From an uncultured Eubacteriales bacterium (GTDB lineage Bacteria > Bacillota > Clostridia > Oscillospirales > Oscillospiraceae), in NCBI GenBank assembly GCA_900547315.1, contig URGI01000001.1, forward strand, positions 12,639 to 76,638: a stretch of 64,000 bases of DNA, given 5' to 3'. The translations under genes and the position numbers were made by a program. Below, piece by piece: positions 59,595-64,000 of this stretch. Under the pieces are notes generated by a model. The model worked only from the letters and a program-made list of their open reading frames with translations, ran no database searches and was not told where the DNA came from. Position 1 is the first letter of the stretch, and each line of letters begins with the position of its first letter.

Positions 59595-59907
59595 AATCGC
59601 TGTTATTGGCGGCAGAGACACCGTCATCGGCTTCCGTGCGCTCGGGCTGGAGACCTATCCCGCCGCGGACGCCGCCGAAGCCGGACATATCCTGCGCCGC
59701 CTCACCCGCGAAAACGATGATTATGCCATAATCTATATCGAAGAAAATCTCGCCGCGGAGCTTGAGCACGAGATAAGCAAGTTCAAGGATCGCCCCACTC
59801 CGGCCGTGATCCTCATCCCCGGCAGAGAAGGCTCGATGGGACTCGGCCAGTCGGCGCTCAAGGCCGCTGTCGAGCGTGCCGTCGGCACGAATATCCTGGG
59901 CGACTGA
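59587..59907 (+). CDS. atpF: V-type ATPase subunit F
   Basis: MLKIAVIGGRDTVIGFRALG, typical of subunit F. The ATG overlaps the subunit C stop by 8 nt. Confidence 0.8.
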   Translation: MLKIAVIGGRDTVIGFRALGLETYPAADAAEAGHILRRLTRENDDYAIIYIEENLAAELEHEISKFKDRPTPAVILIPGREGSMGLGQSALKAAVERAVGTNILGD

Positions 59908-59945
59908 CGCCCTGTCCTTCAACACTAACAAAGGAAGGTATGTAA

Positions 59946-61715
59946 ATGAGCGGAACTATAACAAAAGTTTCCGGACCGCTTGTTGTGGCCGAGAACCTTG
60001 CGGACGCCAACGTCTCCGACGTTGTCCGCGTCGGTTCTCAGCGCCTGATAGGCGAGATCCTTAACATGACCGGCGACAAGGCGTCAATTCAGGTTTATGA
60101 AGAGACCTCCGGCCTTGGCCCCGGCGCCGTCGTTGAAACTACCGGTATGCCGATGTCCGTTGAGCTTGGCCCCGGTATGCTCGACAATATCTATGACGGC
60201 ATCCAGCGCCCCCTGCCCGAGATGCGCGCCCTCTCCGGCGACTCCATCACCCGCGGCACCGACGTTCCCGCGCTCAACCGCGAGAAGAAGTGGGACTTCG
60301 TCCCCGTCGCAAAGCTGGGCGACAAGGTCATTGCGGGCGACGTGCTCGGCACCGTGCAGGAGACCAGCGCCATACTCCACAAGATAATGGTGCCCTACGG
60401 CGTGTCCGGCGAGGTCGTCAGCCTGAACGCAGGCGAGCACGTCGTCACAGACGTAGTCGCCGTTGTTCGTGATGCAAAGGGCGTTGACCACGAGCTGACC
60501 ATGATCCAGCGCTGGCCCGTCCGTATCGCCAGACCCTACACCAAGAAATACGTCCCCAGCCGCCCCATGAACAGCGGCCAGCGTATCATAGACACTCTGT
60601 TCCCAATCGCAAAGGGCGGTACCGCGGCAGTCCCTGGCCCCTTCGGTTCCGGCAAGACCGTTGTACAGCACCAGCTGGCGAAGTGGTCGGACGTCGATAT
60701 CGTTATCTACATAGGCTGCGGCGAGCGCGGCAACGAGATGACCGACGTTCTTATGGAGTTCCCCGAACTCAAGGACCCGCGCAACGGCGAGCCTCTGATG
60801 AAGCGCACCGTTCTCATCGCAAACACCTCTGATATGCCCGTCGCGGCACGTGAAGCCTCGATATACACCGGCATCACGATAGCCGAGTACTTCCGCGACA
60901 TGGGCTATGACGTCGCCGTCCTTGCAGACTCCACCTCCCGCTGGGCAGAGGCTTTGCGTGAGATGTCCGGCCGTCTGGAAGAGATGCCCGGTGAAGAGGG
61001 CTACCCCGCCTACCTCGCCTCCCGTCTGGCTCAGTTCTATGAGCGCGCGGGCGTTGTCGAGTGTCTGGGCGCCGACGACCGTCAGGGCTCCGTCACCGCA
61101 ATCGGCGCCGTTTCTCCTCCGGGCGGCGATATTTCCGAGCCTGTCTCTCAGGCGACGATGCGTATAGTCAAGGTGTTCTGGGCGCTTGACTCCAGCCTTG
61201 CCTATGCCCGCCACTTCCCGGCAATCAACTGGCTGACCTCCTACTCGCTGTATATGGACACTCTGGCTCCCTGGTACACCGAGCAGTTCGGCGAGGGCTA
61301 CATGGCCAACCGCACCAAGTCCATGCACATCCTTCAGGAGGAGAGCGAGCTGCAGGAGATCGTCCGTCTTGTCGGTCAGGACGCACTGTCCCCGGCGGAC
61401 AGGCTCACCATGGAGACCGCGAAGATGATCCGCGAAGACTTCCTCCAGCAGAACGCCTTCGTCGATGAGGACGCATATTCCTCCTACGCCAAGCAGTATC
61501 GGCTCCTTGACATCATCCTGCACTATGACGAGCTTTGCCGCGAGGCTCTGACCAAGGGCGCGGACATGAACGCACTCTTCGTCATCAGCGCGCGCGAGAA
61601 GATCGGCCGCGCAAAGATGGCGGACGCAGTCTCCTTTGCCGCAGACTACGACGAGATCGAAGCGCTGATGAATAAGGAGATCGATGAAGTCATTGCCGGA
61701 GGTGAGGACGCATGA
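59946..61715 (+). CDS. atpA: V-type ATPase catalytic subunit A
   Basis: 589-aa protein with Walker A GPFGSGKT and the non-homologous insert region characteristic of A subunits. Confidence 0.95.
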   Translation: MSGTITKVSGPLVVAENLADANVSDVVRVGSQRLIGEILNMTGDKASIQVYEETSGLGPGAVVETTGMPMSVELGPGMLDNIYDGIQRPLPEMRALSGDSITRGTDVPALNREKKWDFVPVAKLGDKVIAGDVLGTVQETSAILHKIMVPYGVSGEVVSLNAGEHVVTDVVAVVRDAKGVDHELTMIQRWPVRIARPYTKKYVPSRPMNSGQRIIDTLFPIAKGGTAAVPGPFGSGKTVVQHQLAKWSDVDIVIYIGCGERGNEMTDVLMEFPELKDPRNGEPLMKRTVLIANTSDMPVAAREASIYTGITIAEYFRDMGYDVAVLADSTSRWAEALREMSGRLEEMPGEEGYPAYLASRLAQFYERAGVVECLGADDRQGSVTAIGAVSPPGGDISEPVSQATMRIVKVFWALDSSLAYARHFPAINWLTSYSLYMDTLAPWYTEQFGEGYMANRTKSMHILQEESELQEIVRLVGQDALSPADRLTMETAKMIREDFLQQNAFVDEDAYSSYAKQYRLLDIILHYDELCREALTKGADMNALFVISAREKIGRAKMADAVSFAADYDEIEALMNKEIDEVIAGGEDA

Positions 61716-63085
61716 TTAAAGAGTATAAGACTATAAGAGAGATCGCAAGCCCGCTGATGGTCGTCGATCAGGTCGAAGGCGTCACTTATGATGAGCTGGC
61801 CGAGATCGAACTGCCCAACGGAGATGTCCGCCGCTGCAAGGTGCTTGAGGTCGAGGGCAACAAGGCTGTCGTCCAGCTGTTTGAGTCCGCGCAGGGCATC
61901 AACCTTGCGCAGTCCAAGGTTCGCTTCCTTGGCCATCCGCTGGAGCTGGCGGTTTCCGAGGATATGCTCGGCCGCGTCTTCAACGGCATGGGTCAGCCCA
62001 TCGACGGCGGCCCCGACATTCTTGCCGAGGCGCATCTGGACATCAACGGCCTGCCGATGAATCCGGCCGCCCGCGCCTATCCCGCAGAGTTTATACAGAC
62101 CGGCGTTTCCACCATTGACGGTCTTAACACTCTGGTTCGCGGCCAGAAGCTGCCGATATTCTCCGGCTCCGGCCTGCCCCACGCCGCGCTCGCCGCGCAG
62201 ATCGCGCGTCAGGCGAAGGTTCTGGGCGACAACGAGACCTTCGCGGTCGTGTTCGCCGCCGTCGGTATCACGTTTGAGGAGTCCGAGTACTTCATCAACG
62301 ACTTCCGCCGCACCGGCGCTATCGAGCGTACCGTCGTATTCTCAAACCTCGCGAATGACCCGGCAGTTGAGCGTATCGCAACTCCGCGTATGGCGCTGAC
62401 CGCTGCCGAGTACCTCGCCTTCGAGAAGGACATGCAGGTTCTCGTCATCATCACCGATATCACCAACTACGCTGAGGCTCTGCGTGAGGTCTCCGCGGCA
62501 AAGAAGGAAGTTCCCGGCCGCCGCGGCTACCCCGGCTACCTGTACACCGACCTTGCGACCATGTATGAGCGCGCAGGCCGCCGTCAGGGCAAGAAGGGCT
62601 CCATTACCATGATTCCCATCCTGACCATGCCTGAGGACGACAAGACTCACCCAATCCCCGACCTTACCGGCTACATCACCGAGGGTCAGATAATCCTCAG
62701 CCGTGAACTGCACCGCAAGGGCATAGTTCCTCCCGTGGACGTTCTGCCGTCCCTGAGCCGTCTGAAAGATAAGGGCATCGGCGTCGGCAAGACCCGTGAG
62801 GATCACTCCGGCACGATGAACCAGCTCTTCGCCGCGTACTCCCGCGGCAAGGATGCCAAGGAGCTTATGACCATCCTCGGCGAGGCCGCGCTGTCTGACG
62901 ACGACAAGCTGTTTGCAAAGTTTGCGGATGAGTTCGAGAAGGTCTATGTCAGCCAGGGCAATAACACCAACCGCAGCATTGAGGAGACGCTGAACATCGG
63001 CTGGGAGCTGCTGAGCATTCTCCCGCGCCGCGAGCTGAAGCGTATCAAGCCCGAAATGATCGACAAGTACATGCCCAAGAAGTGA
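61712..63085 (+). CDS. atpB: V-type ATPase subunit B
   Basis: 457-aa protein with an ATGA overlap with subunit A. Typical B-subunit sequence (no intact P-loop). Confidence 0.95.
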   Translation: MIKEYKTIREIASPLMVVDQVEGVTYDELAEIELPNGDVRRCKVLEVEGNKAVVQLFESAQGINLAQSKVRFLGHPLELAVSEDMLGRVFNGMGQPIDGGPDILAEAHLDINGLPMNPAARAYPAEFIQTGVSTIDGLNTLVRGQKLPIFSGSGLPHAALAAQIARQAKVLGDNETFAVVFAAVGITFEESEYFINDFRRTGAIERTVVFSNLANDPAVERIATPRMALTAAEYLAFEKDMQVLVIITDITNYAEALREVSAAKKEVPGRRGYPGYLYTDLATMYERAGRRQGKKGSITMIPILTMPEDDKTHPIPDLTGYITEGQIILSRELHRKGIVPPVDVLPSLSRLKDKGIGVGKTREDHSGTMNQLFAAYSRGKDAKELMTILGEAALSDDDKLFAKFADEFEKVYVSQGNNTNRSIEETLNIGWELLSILPRRELKRIKPEMIDKYMPKK

Positions 63086-63117
63086 TGACCCAAAATTATT
63101 TACGGAGGTGATGCTTT

Positions 63118-63771
63118 TTGGCGAGTACCGCAATAACTCCGACCAGAATGGTGCTCAACCAGCTCAAGGGCCGTCTCAAGACTGCCCGAAGAGGCCATAA
63201 GCTGCTCAAGGACAAGCGCGATGAGCTGATGCGTCAATTCATGGACGTCGTGAAGCTCAATAAGCAGCTGCGTCTGAAGGTCGAGGAAGGGCTGACCGCC
63301 GCGTTCTCGTCCCTTCAGGTGGCAAGCGCCATCATGTCCCCGGAGATGCTCGAGCAGGCGCTGATGTATCCGCGCCAGAGCGTCGAGTTGGGGCTGGAGT
63401 TTAAGAACATAATGAGCGTCAACGTGCCGCGTTACAGCTTCCATACCAAGAATAACGACCCGTCCGAAATCTATCCCTACGGTTTCGCGCAGACCTCCGG
63501 CGAACTGGACGATGCGCTGGATAAGATGGCGAGGGTGTTTGAGGATATGCTGGAGCTGGCTCAGGTCGAGAAGACCATGCAGCTTCTCGCGGAGGAGATC
63601 GAAAAGACCCGCCGCCGCGTCAACGCGCTGGAGTACGTCATGATACCGGAGCTTGAGGGCAATATCAAGTATATTTCCATGAAGCTCGAGGAGAACGAGA
63701 ACTCCACGAAGGTTCGTTTGCTGAAGGTAAAGGAAATGGTTCTTCAGGACGCGCATAATTACAAGCAATAA
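63118..63771 (+). CDS. atpD: V-type ATPase subunit D
   Basis: 217-aa protein. TTG start 9 nt after GGAGG. N-terminal ...ITPTRMVLNQLKGRLKTARRGHKLLKDKRDEL is typical of subunit D. Confidence 0.85.
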   Translation: MASTAITPTRMVLNQLKGRLKTARRGHKLLKDKRDELMRQFMDVVKLNKQLRLKVEEGLTAAFSSLQVASAIMSPEMLEQALMYPRQSVELGLEFKNIMSVNVPRYSFHTKNNDPSEIYPYGFAQTSGELDDALDKMARVFEDMLELAQVEKTMQLLAEEIEKTRRRVNALEYVMIPELEGNIKYISMKLEENENSTKVRLLKVKEMVLQDAHNYKQ

Positions 63772-63784
63772 GCCAATAAAGCAG

Positions 63785-63819
63785 CCGCCCCGACGGGATC
63801 CCGTCGGGGCGGTTTTTTG
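63785..63819 (+). terminator. Strong intrinsic terminator after the V-ATPase operon
   Basis: 13-bp GC-rich stem CCGCCCCGACGGG/CCCGTCGGGGCGG followed by T6. Confidence 0.65.
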
Positions 63820-63849
63820 TGGTTTCGATGTATTTTGACAATGTGATGC

Positions 63850-63960
63850 GAAGTTTTTGCCGCCCCTCTTGTCGCCCCTTTTAGGTAGTGCAACGGCGGC
63901 GAAAATTTGCCTTGCTGTACCGCGGCACCCCTCCCTTGGCGCCCCTTTTAGGGGAGCTGT
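63850..63960 (+). repeat. Two imperfect GC-rich direct repeats ending in CGCCCCTTTTAGG (about 58 nt apart) at the window edge
   Basis: GCCGCCCCTCTTGTCGCCCCTTTTAGG versus GCGGCACCCCTCCCTTGGCGCCCCTTTTAGG. The window ends 40 nt later. Confidence 0.2.
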
Positions 63961-64000
63961 CAGCGAAGCTGACTGAGGGGTCGCCGGGGTGGAGAAAGCG

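Noticed and set aside
63850-64000. CRISPR array
   Set aside because: Only two copies are present, the repeats are imperfect and contain indels, and there is no regular repeat-spacer periodicity. No cas genes are in the window.

Overview
This 64-kb window is high-GC and dense in genes. It reads like the chromosome of a spore-forming Clostridia-type Firmicute; that inference rests on spoIID, dipicolinate synthase dpaAB, SleB-like and YpeB-like germination proteins, pyruvate:ferredoxin oxidoreductase and a V-type ATPase. About two-thirds is housekeeping:
- a sensor kinase/LytTR two-component pair;
- serC with a DUF1015 partner;
- split transketolase;
- a Cof-type HAD hydrolase and plsY;
- spoIID;
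- a thyA-folA operon;
- dpaAB;
- pyrG and PFOR;
- Asp23/DAK2;
- an M16 peptidase, trpS and gltX;
- a complete nine-gene V-type ATPase operon whose K subunit carries Na+-binding residues.

The centrepiece is a roughly 18-kb catabolic island at about 26.3-44.4 kb, all on the + strand. Upstream sit a LacI-family regulator and a divergent M20 amidohydrolase. Downstream is a truncated ABC-exporter remnant. The island is two terminator-delimited operons:
- Operon 1: carbamate kinase, PrpF-like isomerase, MmgE/PrpD-like protein, a DUF523/TudS-like three-Cys protein, LeuC/LeuD-like hydro-lyase, PreA-like dihydropyrimidine-dehydrogenase subunit, dihydropyrimidinase-like amidohydrolase, and a divergent OTC/ATC-family carbamoyltransferase.
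- Operon 2: a small TM peptide with an SSS symporter, an NCS1 nucleobase-type permease, a CN-hydrolase, a family III CoA-transferase and an HMG-CoA-lyase-like lyase.

A near-palindromic motif AGTTAAACGATTAAC occurs three times around the regulator gene. I read the island as a candidate, so far undescribed, ATP-yielding fermentation pathway for a substituted or thiolated pyrimidine-like ureide. Ring reduction, ring opening, phosphorolytic decarbamoylation and carbamate kinase would yield ATP. The carbon skeleton would be funnelled through an itaconate/citraconate/(R)-citramalate-type route to pyruvate plus acetyl-CoA.

Other points are a standalone, AT-richer orphan gene (DUF4259-like N-terminus), a tandem XRE regulator pair with palindromic operators, and several clean intrinsic terminators and sigma-A-like promoters. 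No rRNA, tRNA, transposase, integrase or CRISPR array was found.
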